DNA of 64,000 bases from Macrostomum lignano. Lineage: Eukaryota. A model generated the notes under the pieces. That model saw only the letters and a list, made by a program, of their open reading frames with translations. It was not told the DNA's origin and ran no database searches. Shown here piece after piece: positions 11,873 through 23,800 of the stretch (its first letter is position 1; each line of letters starts with the position of its first letter). The stretch lies in contig NIVC01000231.1 in the NCBI GenBank assembly GCA_002269645.1, positions 1-64,000 on the forward strand, in the 5' to 3' direction. The position numbers and the translations under genes are program-made.

Positions 11873-14800
11873 ATGAATTCTTTGCGAAATTGCTATCTGA
11901 TGGCCATCGTGAGCCTGCTGGCACCTCTGCTGCTTCTTTCGTGGCTGGACATCGGCAGTGCTACCGCGACCAAACCTCAGCTAGATGCTAAGGAGTGAGT
12001 TTACCGGCAATGGCCTAATTTACTGTCAGTTTGGCTCACAGTCTGTCACTCTCATGCTGTCACTCCCATCACGTCACTCATTTCCTCACTCGGTATGTCA
12101 CTCTCATTCACTCTCATTCCGTCACTCTCATTCCGTCACTCTCATTGCGTCACTCTCATTCACTCTCATTCCGTCACTCTCATTGCGTCACTCTCATTGC
12201 GTCACTCTCATTCACTCTCATTCCGTCACTTTCATTCCGTCACTCTCATTCAATCTCATTCCGGCACTCTCATTCCGTCACTCTCATTCCGTCACTCTCA
12301 TTCCGTCACTCTCATTCCGTCACTCTCATTCCGTCACTCTCATTCCGTCACTCTCATTCCGTCACTCTCATTCCGTCACTCTCATTCCGTCACTCTCATT
12401 CCGTCACTCTCATTCCGTCACTCTCATTCCGTCACTCTCATTCCGTCACTCTCATTCCGTCACTCTCATTCCGTCACTCTCATTCCGTCACTCTCATTCC
12501 GTCACTCTCATTCCGTCACTCTCATTCCGTCACTCTCATTCCGTCACTCTCATTCCGTCACTCTCATTCCGTCACTCTCATTCCGTCACTCTCATTCCGT
12601 CACTCTCATTCCGTCACTCTCATTCCGTCACTCTCATTCCGTCACTCTCATTCCGTCACTCTCATTCCGTCACTCTCATTCCGTCACTCTCATTCCATCA
12701 CTCTCATTCACTCTCATTCCGTCACTCTCATTGCGTCACTCTCATTCCGTCACCTTTATTCCGTCACTTTCATTCACTCTCATTCCGTCACTCTCATTCC
12801 GTCACTCTCATTCACTCTCATTCCATCACTCTCATTGCGTCACTCTCATTCCGTCACTCTCATTCCGTCACTCTCATTCCGTCACTCTCATTCCGTCACT
12901 CTCATTCCGTCACTCTCATTCCGTCACTCTCATTCCGTCACTCTCATTCCGTCACTCTCGTTCTGCGTCACTCTTATTCCGTCACTCTCGTTCTGCGTCA
13001 CTCTCATTCTGCGCCACTCTCATACCGTCATTCTCAGCATGTCACTCGTATTCCGTCACTCTCAGCATGCCACTCGTATTCCGTCACTCTCAGCATGCCA
13101 CTCGTATTCCGTCACTCTCAGCATGTCACTCGTATTCCGTCACTCTCAGCATGGCACTCGTATTCCGTCACTCTAAGCATGGCACTCGTATTCCGTCACT
13201 CTCAGCATGCCACTCTCCTGCACTCATGGGATGAATCTGATACTAGCATAAACAAACTCCCAATTAACGTAGACGAACACCGATTAAATTCCAGAATCAA
13301 CGCTTGGGTTCAAACTATCGCTAACAATTTCGAAAAAGTTCGTCGACAGCTTGGCATTGAAAAGTTCGAGCGGGTGAGAACACTGCGTGGTCGCTCAATT
13401 TCTTCAAGAAATGTATCGCTTTTATAACTAATAGAAACAACATTGCTTTTGTTGCTGCAGAAATTCGAAGAAAATCGAGTTGTCTCCGACAATCGCAACG
13501 AGGCCCAAGGCCAACAATTGATGAATGATATCAAGGCTAGGATAGGAAAATTCACCTATAAATATGAGGAGCACGTGAAGGTAAGCGTGAAATTATTTGA
13601 TTTAACCAGTTAAAAATAAGTACCAACAATGTTCCCAATCTTTTCTTAATCATCAAGAGAATTCGTGTTGAAGCCGAATATGCCTTTGCCGGTCATACGC
13701 ATCGGAACTACTCGTTGAATGTAAGTCTGTTTAAGTAGTAATAATTAAAGCGTATAATTATTATACTTTAGTGTCTCTAATAAAAGTGGATGGTAACAAA
13801 GATAGGGTAGATTAGGAAACGCATAGTAAGCTTGAGACGGGAGATGGGTAAGAGGAGAGTAGTGAGGGTAGAGTAGTGAGGGTAGAGTAGTGAGGGGAGA
13901 GTAGTGAGGGGAGAGAAGTGTGGGTAGAGTAGTGAGGGTAGAGTAGTGAGGGGAGAGTAGTGAGGGTTGAGTAGTGAGGGCAGAGTAGTAAGGGGAGAGT
14001 AGTGAGGGTTGAGTAGTGAGGGGAGAGTAGTGAGGGTTGAGTAGTGAGGGCAGAGTAGTAAGGGGAGAGTAGTGAGGGTTGAGTAGTGAGGGGAGAGTAG
14101 TGAGGGTTGAGTAGTGAGGGCAGAGTAGTAAGGGGAGAGTAGTGAGGGTTGAGTAGTGAGGGCAGAGTAGTAAGGGGAGAGTAGTGAGGGTTGAGTAGTG
14201 AGGGCAGAGTAGTAAGGGGAGAGTAGTGAGGGTTGAGTAGTGAGGGCAGAGTAGTGAGGGGAGAGTAGTGAGGGTTAAGTAGTGAGGGCAGAGTAGTAAG
14301 GGGAGAGTAGTGAGGGTAGAGTAGTGAGGGGAGAGTAGTGAGGGCAGAGTAGTGAGGGAGAGTAGTGAGGGAGAGTAGTGAGGGCAGAGTAGTGAGGGTA
14401 GAGTAGTGAGGGGAGAGTAGTGAGGGAGAGTAGTGAGGGAGAGTAGTGAGGGAGAGTAGTGAGGGCAGAGTAGTGAGGGTTGAGTAGTGAGGGGAGAGTA
14501 GTGAGGGTAGAGTAGTGAGGGGAGAGTAGTGAGGGGAGAGAAGTGTGGGTAGAGAAGTGAGGGGAGAGTAGTGAGGGAGAGTAGTGAGGGAGAGTAGTGA
14601 GGGCAGAGTAGTGAGGGTTGAGTAGTGAGGGCAGAGTAGTAAGGCTTGAGTAGTGAGGGGAGAGTAGTGAGGGGAGAGTAGTGAGGGTAGAGTAGTGAGG
14701 GGAGAGTAGTGAGGGGAGAGAAGTGTGGGTAGAGAAGTGAGGGGAGAGTAGTGAGGGGAGAGTAGTGAGGAGAGAGTAGTAAGGGGAGAGTAGTGAGGGG

Positions 14801-17800
14801 AGAGTAGTAAGGGGAGAGTAGTGAGGGGAGAGTAGTAAGGGGAGAGTAGTGAGGGAAGAGAAGTGAGGGTAGAGTAGTGAGGGGGGATGTGAGGGTAGTG
14901 TAGTGAGGGTTGAGTAGTGAGGGGAGAGTAGTGAGCGGAGAGAAGTGAGGGTAGAGTAGTGAGGGGAGAGTAGTGAGGGGAGAGTAGTGAGGGGAGAGTT
15001 GTGAAGGGAGAGAAGTGTGGGTAGAGTAGTGAGGGTAGAGTAGTGAGGGGAGAGTAGTGAGGGGAGAGTAGTGAGGAGAGAGTAGTGAGGGTAGAGTAGT
15101 GAGGGGAGAGTAGTGAGGGTTGAGTAGTGAGGGGAGAGTAGTGAGCGGAGAGAAGTGAGGGTAGAGTAGTGAGGGTAGAGTAGTGAGGGGAGAGTAGTGA
15201 GGGGAGAGTAGTGAGGAGAGAGTAGTGAGGGTAGAGTAGTGAGGGGAGAGTAGTAAGGGGAGAGTAGTGAGGGGAGAGAAGTGAGGGAAGAGAAGTGAGG
15301 GGAGAGTAGTGAGGGGAGAGAAGTGAGGGGAGAGTAGTGAAGGGAGAGTAGTGAGGGGAAAGAAGTGAGGGTAGAGTAGTGAGGGTAGAGTAGTGAGGGT
15401 AGAGTAGTGAGGGTTGAGTATGAGGGGAGAGTAGTGAGGGGGGATGTGAGGGTAGTGTAGTGAGGGTAGAGTAGTGAGGGTAGAGTAGTGAGGGGAGAGT
15501 AGTGAGGGGAGAGAAGTGAGGGTAGAGTAGTGAGGGTAGAGTAGTGAGGGTAGTGTAGTGAGGGTAGAGTAGTGAGGGTAGAGTAGTGAGGGGAGAGTAG
15601 TGAGGGGAGAGAAGTGAGGGTAGAGTAGTGAGGGTAGAGTAGTGAGGGTAGTGTAGTGAGGGTAGAGTAAGGACTGCGGAGAATGAAGGGTGCAGATGAA
15701 GCTAGCAAACAATCTCTTCATCGCAAAAACCGCAGTGCTTGGAGCTCAAGGACCAGCCCTTCCTCCGAGCGACAGCGATCGAAGACAAACCCCACGAATC
15801 GTCCAACAACACGCATCAAAACTTGGACCCAGAGTCGCGCAACACAGTCTACGTGATGCAGAAAACTGAGGACGTTGAGAACTTTTGTTCAGCGCCTACT
15901 CTGGTTGAGTTGAATCCTGACCCCAGGCTCTATGGCGTTGAGACCAATCGCAAGGTGTCCACTGCGCACGTGCCGTCCAATATCTACGATGCCTGTGAGA
16001 GCCTCTGTGATTTGCTGGACTCACAAAATGGGAGGGGATTCGACCAGTGCCTGTCATATTGTCCCCACTGTTCATGTCTCTCTGTCCCTGTCTCTGTCCC
16101 GGTCTCTCTGTCCCTGTCTCTCTGTCCCTGTCTCTCTGTCCCTGTCTCTGTCCCGGTCTCTCTGTCCCTGTCTCTCTGTCCGTCTCTCTGTCTCTGTCTC
16201 TCTGTCCCTGTCTCTCTGTCCCTGTCTCTCTGTCCTTGTCTCTCTGTCCCTGTCTCTCTGTCCCTGTCTCTCTGTCCGGCCTGTCTCTCTGTCCCTGTCT
16301 CTCTGTCCGTGTCTCTCTGTCTCTGTCTCTCTGTCTCTGTCTCTCTGTCCCTGTCTCTCTGTCTCTGTCTCTCTGTCCGGCCTGTCTCTCTGTCCTTGTC
16401 TCTCTGTCCTTGTCTCTCTGTCCTTGTCTCTCTGTCCTTGTCGACTCTCTGTCCCTGTCTCTCTCCCTGCATCTCTCTGTAAGTGTCAGGGTAGAAAATT
16501 TCTCATATTTTAAACTCTCTCATCCGAGTGCCACCCAATCCGTTAACATATTGTAGCCACGAGCATGCTTAACGCAGCAAACTGGTCGCAGGGCCTTGAC
16601 AAAGTGTTCGAATCTAATGCAGCATTGGACCCGATGCTGAAATGGCAGTACTTTGGCAATACGGAGGGATTGTTCAAAATCTATCCCGGTATTCGTTGGT
16701 ATATTCAGACTAAGGACCTGGGCAGTAAGGATATTACTTTGGACTTTTTCGATTGTCGAACTCAGTACTGGTAAGACTGAAAATACAAACGTTTGACAAT
16801 CGTATATTGACGCTCACCAATTTAGCAAATCCTTGCTTTCATTTTTAATCAACAATCAGGTACTTATTGGCTGCCTCCTATCCAAAAGACATGGTCATCT
16901 TACTGGACAATAGCGGCTCTATGAAAGGTCGTCGATCAATCATTGCCAACATGACCCTAACTGAACTGCTGTACACGTTGAATGTTAACGATTTCTTCAA
17001 CGTGATTATGGTGAGTTTGAACCAATTTCACTTTTGAATGTATATAACTTCTAACATGTATTTTATTTTCTTTGGATAGCTATTTAAAACCTCCGGAGAG
17101 GTTTTTCTTAAATTTGAATTTGTTTTACTCTGAATTTTCAAACGTTGTCCGTTTCAACTGCATGCGCAATTTCCCTCCAGTGCATGCTGTGCGATCCTTC
17201 GGTGTTGTTTTCAAATTCTGTTGAGGTTACATTTTTAACGTGTGCAGCTATTTGTTTGGTAACTTGCTGTGAAATTGAATTACATGTAATTGTGTGCCTT
17301 TTAAACTTCTTAATATCCGTTTTTGTGTTTAGATTCTCTATACATTTGTTCTGTCCTTGGATTAGTATCGTTATAAATGTACATGTATATAGTTCTGTAT
17401 CTGTCCTGTCATATTGGTTCGCAGCATGATTTCTACCTATTTTTAACATCTTAACCGTTTATTAGAACAACTTATAATTTAAATATCATTTCGCGGAATT
17501 GTTCGTTAAGATTACAAAATCGCCACACGAGGAAGTAAGTATAAAATTAATGAGTTTGTGTGTATATGCATTAAAATGCACGGAGTATTAAATAAAACGC
17601 GTAAAATTTGCACGATTTCCTGGATAACATAAGCTTGAAAATATCTCACTATGACAAACATATCGCTATTCATCATCAATAATAGAAACCTGCAAATCCA
17701 ATTAATTTATTCATTTAAATTTCGCTCTTAAAAGTAATTCAAGATTATTAAAACGTTTGAATTTCGTTAAAATTAAAGTAATAGCTAAATTACATGTGTG

Positions 17801-20800
17801 TACACGGCAAATCAACTTTATCTGGCATAATATATACGTGCACGAAATTTAACAATATACAATGCAATTATTTATATTTGAATTTAAAACAAAACCGCTA
17901 TAGTTAAGCTATATGTGAGTCAGTCTGGAGAGTGTGTTACGCATAATATATACACTGTACATGTACGATCGTAATTAAGAGCTGGTCTCATTTTCCGTAG
18001 CAAATTTTTGACTGTTATACAAGTCCACAATAGTCGGATTTAATTAAATTTTTAGTCTATAGTAGTGAATGGGTAATGTACTTTTCAGTATCAACATTTT
18101 TTGCACTTTCCCTCGCAAACTTCTACAATATCTAAAACTCGATAATATCTATTCTACCACGCTCTGCATACAAAATATACGATGGTGCATGTATTATTTC
18201 TAGGAAAACACTTTTTTTAAAAAAGCAAGCAATGCAACGCACGATATAAATATTATTGCATACAACAATTAAGTAATTAAAAAAAACAAAAAATATTTGC
18301 ATTAAAATATCCGTGGTTGAAAAACATTGGACAAGAATCACAAATTTTCAACCAACTGATAGTAAATAATCAACTTTTTATTACAAATCATCTAACTTGT
18401 TACGCATTTCACCTGTTTTATCCGCGAAGTTCATGAACTCGTCGCTCAAGTACATATCGGATGATTTCAACTTTACAATGCTGCAAGCGACAGAGAAAAA
18501 TAAATACGTGAGTTAATTCTTTGTTTTAACTCGACAGCAATCTTATTTACTAAAAAACTAAAAACCCGTTTGCAATTTTTAACTTAAATTTCCAATCCAA
18601 GGGGCTTTAGCACCAGTGGCTTTAGCACCAGTGGCTTTAGCACCAGGGGATTTAGCACCAGGGGATTTAGCACCAGTGGCTTTAGCACCAGTGGCTTTAG
18701 CACCAGTGGCTTTAGCACCAGGGGCTTTAGCACCAGGGGCTTTAGCACCAGGGGCTTTAGCACCAGGGGCTTTAGCACCAGGGGCTTTAGCACCAGGGGC
18801 TTTAGCACCAGGGGCTTTAGCACCAGTCCAGGGGGAGCCAAAGGAACACCGGTCCCTGATTTATATAAAGCGTGTACATTCATCCGAACCCACAGACCGT
18901 CATGGATCTGATTCGAGAAGATGAAAATCGCGCACCGCAAGACAGACAATTCGCTCCCCTGGGCATCTCCGACTACAAAGAAGCCCTAGAAGAGGCATTC
19001 CAGCTGCTCGATTATGTGAAAAGAAATGCGACTGACCTGTCCTCAGGCGGGGTGCAGAATATCGTACTTATCTCGGACGGGGCACCGCAGACGTTCCAGG
19101 AGGTCTTCAAAAAGTACAACTTCGATGTAAGCGGTATAGCGTGTGCACCCTCTTTGTAGAAACAAGCATGCATTTTGCGTATACTCGCCAATCTCACCCC
19201 GTCTATCCACAATCTCACCCTGTCTATCCACAATCTCACCCCTGGTTTATCCACAATCTCACGCCTTGATTATCCACAATCTCACCCTTGATTATCCACA
19301 ATCTCTCCCTTGATTATCCCCAATCTCACCCTTTATTATCCTTAATCTCTCCCTTTATTATCCTCAATCTCACCCCTGACTATCCACAATCTCACCCCTT
19401 GATTATCCACAATCTCACCTCTGATTATCCACAATCTCACCCTTGATTATCCACAATCTCACCCTCGATTATCCACAATCTCACCCTTTGATTAGCCACA
19501 ATCTCACCCCTTGATTATCCACAATCTCACCCCTTGATTATCCACAATCTCACCCTTGATTATCCACAATCTCACCCTTTGATTAGCCACAATCTTACCC
19601 CCCCCCGCGGTTTCCATACTAGCCAATTTTCTCACTGTCATAACTATCTGTATAGTTAGAAGCCTAATTACTACTCATAGTAGTTTATGCACACTGCGGT
19701 TTTTTTGAAACCCCGCAGCGCCAAGTCCGAGTTTTCACTTTCCTAGTGGGTCACGAGGCTGCTGAGGAGGAGAATGTGAAAAAAATTGCCTGCTCAAACC
19801 GGGGCTACTTTGTGCAGATCTCTACACTGTCCGATGTGAAGGAAAATGCTCAGGTAAGTTGTGTTGAACTACGTAGTTCTACCGCAGATAGATGGTAGAA
19901 TAATGTTACATCCACTTACATCCACTGCAGATAAATTTGTAGAATCATAAAATCTAACGCAGATAAATTGGTAAAAAATGTAAATCCACCGCAGATAAAT
20001 GGTAGAATCATGTAAATCTACCGCAAATAAAATGGTAGAATCATGTAAACCTACCGCAGATAAATGGAGTAGAATCATGTAAACCTACCGCAGATAAATG
20101 GTTTAGAATCATGTAAACCTACCGCAGATAAATGGTGTAGAATCATGTAAACCTACCGCAGATAAATGGAGTAGAATCATGTAAACCTACCGCAGATAAA
20201 TGGTGTAGAATCATGTAAACCTACCGCAGATAAATGGTGTAGAATCATGTAAACCTACCGCAGATAAATGGTGTAGAATCATGTAAACCTACCGCAGATA
20301 AATGGAGTAGAATCATGTAAACATACCGCAGATAAATGGTGTAGAATCATGTAAACCTACCGCAGATAAATGGTGTAGAATCATGTAAACCTACCGCAGA
20401 TAAATGGTGTAGAATCATGTAAACCTACCGCAGATAAATGGTGTAGAATCATGTAAACCTACCGCAGATAAATGGAGTAGAATCATGTAAACCTACCGCA
20501 GATAAATGGTGTAGAATCATGTAAACCTACCGCAGATAAATGGTGTAGAATCATGTAAACCTACCGCAGATAAATGGAGTAGAATCATGTAAACCTACCG
20601 CAGATAAATGGTGTAGAATCATGTAAACCTACCGCAGATAAATGGTGTAGAATCATGTAAACCTACCGCAGATAGATGGTAGAATCATGTAAACCTACCG
20701 CAGATAAATGGTGTAGAATCATGAAAACCTACCACAGATAGATGGTAGAATCATGTAAACCTACCGCAGATAAATGACAGTATCATGTAAACCTACCCCA

Positions 20801-23800
20801 TATCCATGTAAATAATGGGATCATGTAAACCTACCGCAGATAAATAGTAGAATCATGTAAATCTACAGACATGCTGTACACGTGTAGAAAAAAAGATAAC
20901 TTTGATGATCAAGAAAAAATATTCAGAATAAGTAAAAATTGGTTTAATATACAAATTGTTACTAAGGTAAACAATGCCAATTTGAATTCATAGCTGATAT
21001 CTAAACATTGAAAGCGCAAGAATTCCAATTCAACAATGTGAACTGCCGTTGTCTCCGCAGCGGTACATACCCGTCACGGCCAGAACAAACGCACTCCGCC
21101 GCGACCATTTCTTTGCTTGGACCGGGGTGCACAAAAACCAGATTAAAACGCAGGTAAGAATCATAAATATAAATAAATTGATCAATAAATATTTTTTTAG
21201 ATCCAACTTTAAGATTGTTTTGTTTATGTTACACGATTTTTATTTCAGTTAAATTTTGAATCCGAATCAATAAGTGATTTTGTGAGCAAAATTTCACGTA
21301 TTTAAGCAATTTCAGAAAAAAATTCACAGATACAAATTAGTTGCTTTAATAAATAACTTGCGTTTTAATAGCTATGCTTTGCAGCTAAATAATATTTGTT
21401 ATTATTGACTCATAATGCAAAGCGCTGAAATATTTTTAAATCGACATTATATTAACAAAATCACTGCGCCAATATTCAGACAATTAGGCCGCTAGCAATG
21501 GGATCAATTCAGAAACTTTGCATCTCTACTAACCGCTTAATTATTAAATTAAATAAGTTTTATGGCATTATAGTAGTACAAAAAGTTATCTGCTTTTTAA
21601 TATAATTGACGGATGATACTACTGACGGATGATACTACTATTGAATTTTTGTCTGCAATTTTGCCTTAACTACAACTTCAACTATTTACTTGTTGTAGTT
21701 TCTTCCCTCTCTATTCCTCTCTCTACTTCTCTCTCTACTTCTCTCTCTACTTCTCTCTCTACTTCTCTCTCTACTTCTCTCTCTACTTCTCTCTTTACTT
21801 CTCTCTCTACTTCTCTCTCTACTTCTCTCTTTACTTCTCTCTCTACTTCTCTCTCTACTTCTCTCTCTCTACTTCTCTCTCTACTTTTCTCTTTACTTCT
21901 CTCTCTACTTCTCTCTCTACTCAACTTTCTACTTCTCTCTCTCTATACTCCTCTCTCTACTCCTCTCTCTACTTCTCTATCTACTTCTATCTTCTCTCTT
22001 TTAAGATTTCTAGCGTACGTTTTCATTATTGCTCCCAGTAGTAAGAGCATTCACCCGCCAACAAGCGGTTAACGACTTGTAAAGCTGGGAAACTCCTTGT
22101 CCTCCTGGGAAACTCCTTTGTTCCTCCACCACCACCCCCTCGCCACCTATCAAACAACCAACCTTGCGGAACCCGTACGCGGCCCGGATCACGCACTCGC
22201 ACCCGGAGTCGCAGCTCCGCAAGTCTTCGCTATCGAAGAAATCCGCGACTGCCTCGTCGGGATCCTCGGCGGCAGCTGAACCGGAGTCTGCCCCCGGGTT
22301 CACGGTGTTCCCCTTCACCGAGACAGCCTCGACAGCTTCGCCGACAACGACGCCAACTTCAACGCCGAACTCGGTGAACGGAAGCGGCAGCAGCAGAGGT
22401 GTCGGAGGGCCTGGCGGAGACAACACGCTGAAGATTGTTTACAAGCCGTCGAAAGGCGACAACACGCCGCACCAGACGCCAGAGGAGGATCCAGCTGTGG
22501 TAAAATAAAATATAATTCTGCTAATTTTAATTTTTTTTTAACAAACATCTTTTGTTTTTAAACAAATTTAAAAAAATTATCAGCACTTTCCCTGGCTTAA
22601 CCTAAAAACCTAATGTAGATTTTTTAATTTAATTACATGTCGTTTATTAGGTAGTTAGGTCTGATTCTTGCAACTTATAGATTTCTAAATTCTAATCAAA
22701 GCCAATTGTTTTTTTCTTTATAATTACGTTTGCAATTTGACATTAAACCGTTATTTATTTATAATTGGCTCCGCCCTAGATACATGTATCTCGTAGCAAA
22801 TCACCGTAGAAATTCTACTTTGCATCCTGCAACAATTTTTGATTTGCACTACACAGTAATAATCATCGCACAAGTTTAATTCCTAAATCCGTAACATTTC
22901 CTGGAAAATATACAATTGAAAATCCAGGCGCTCATGGAAGTGAGTTAATCGATTTTAACAAAAAAATTATTTTTTTGAAATTTCATGCTTTTTTTAACAG
23001 AAATTCTTGTTTATAAAGCAAAGGTTCTTCAAGTGCTCATGAATAATATTATTTTATATTTGCTTGAAGTGTACTATAAGTAATATACATATATTTATAT
23101 ATATATATATAAATATAGCCTTGTTAGAGTTTGGCGATGAAGTAATAAAATATTTATGGCTATATTACTCTTACATGTATCTAAGCACGGGTATAGCAGC
23201 GCAGTGCCAAGGTTTTATGAAAAAGTAACCGAAAAATTTTACTATAATTCAATTATTTATTATATTTACTAACTGGTACTTTTCTGCCGCATGACTGATG
23301 TATTTCGTTTTAATTAGATATAAATATACTAAGCTTTTTTTCATTCCAGTTAAACAAAATCATCCGATAATTTTTTTACTTTGCTCTAACAATATAACAA
23401 ATAAAAATCATTTCAGAAAAACAAACTGTTTGCCTCTGTGGCTCAGGCTGCCTACGACATTCGGGACAATGAGACAGTAAGTACGGTTTGTACTTTTTGC
23501 TTGTTCAATTTGATTTGAATACCTTAATTAGCAACCAATAAGAGTTCCGAATCCAACCCCATCGCAGATTCATCGCGGAATTGGTCGCCTCATCGGAGTG
23601 GCTGGTGTGGACGTGCCAACCGATCACTTTGAACGTCTCGGGCCGGCTTGGGAGCTGGGCGCTCTCGGCTACATCTTTTTGGTCACGAATAATGGGCACG
23701 TGCTGTTCCATCCCGAGTTTCGGCAGTTCGATGTGAGTGCGGAATCCCCCACCCCTTTGCTTAGCTTTTTGCACCGGGCCACCCCCGCTAAATCTGGTGT

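Noticed and set aside
11985-16513. ORFs of 190-658 aa (RHSHSVTLIP, LLYPHYS, SLSLCP)
   Set aside because: Repeat-derived and open in several frames at once.
17511-17534. 24-nt in-frame candidate exon (ITKSPHEE) with a gtaagt donor
   Set aside because: It would split the conserved vWA strand FFNVIM|F, and the acceptor is weak.
18132-18341. Hydrophobic minus-strand ORF suggestive of a nested membrane protein
   Set aside because: Short, AT-rich, with no family motif or convincing splice partners.
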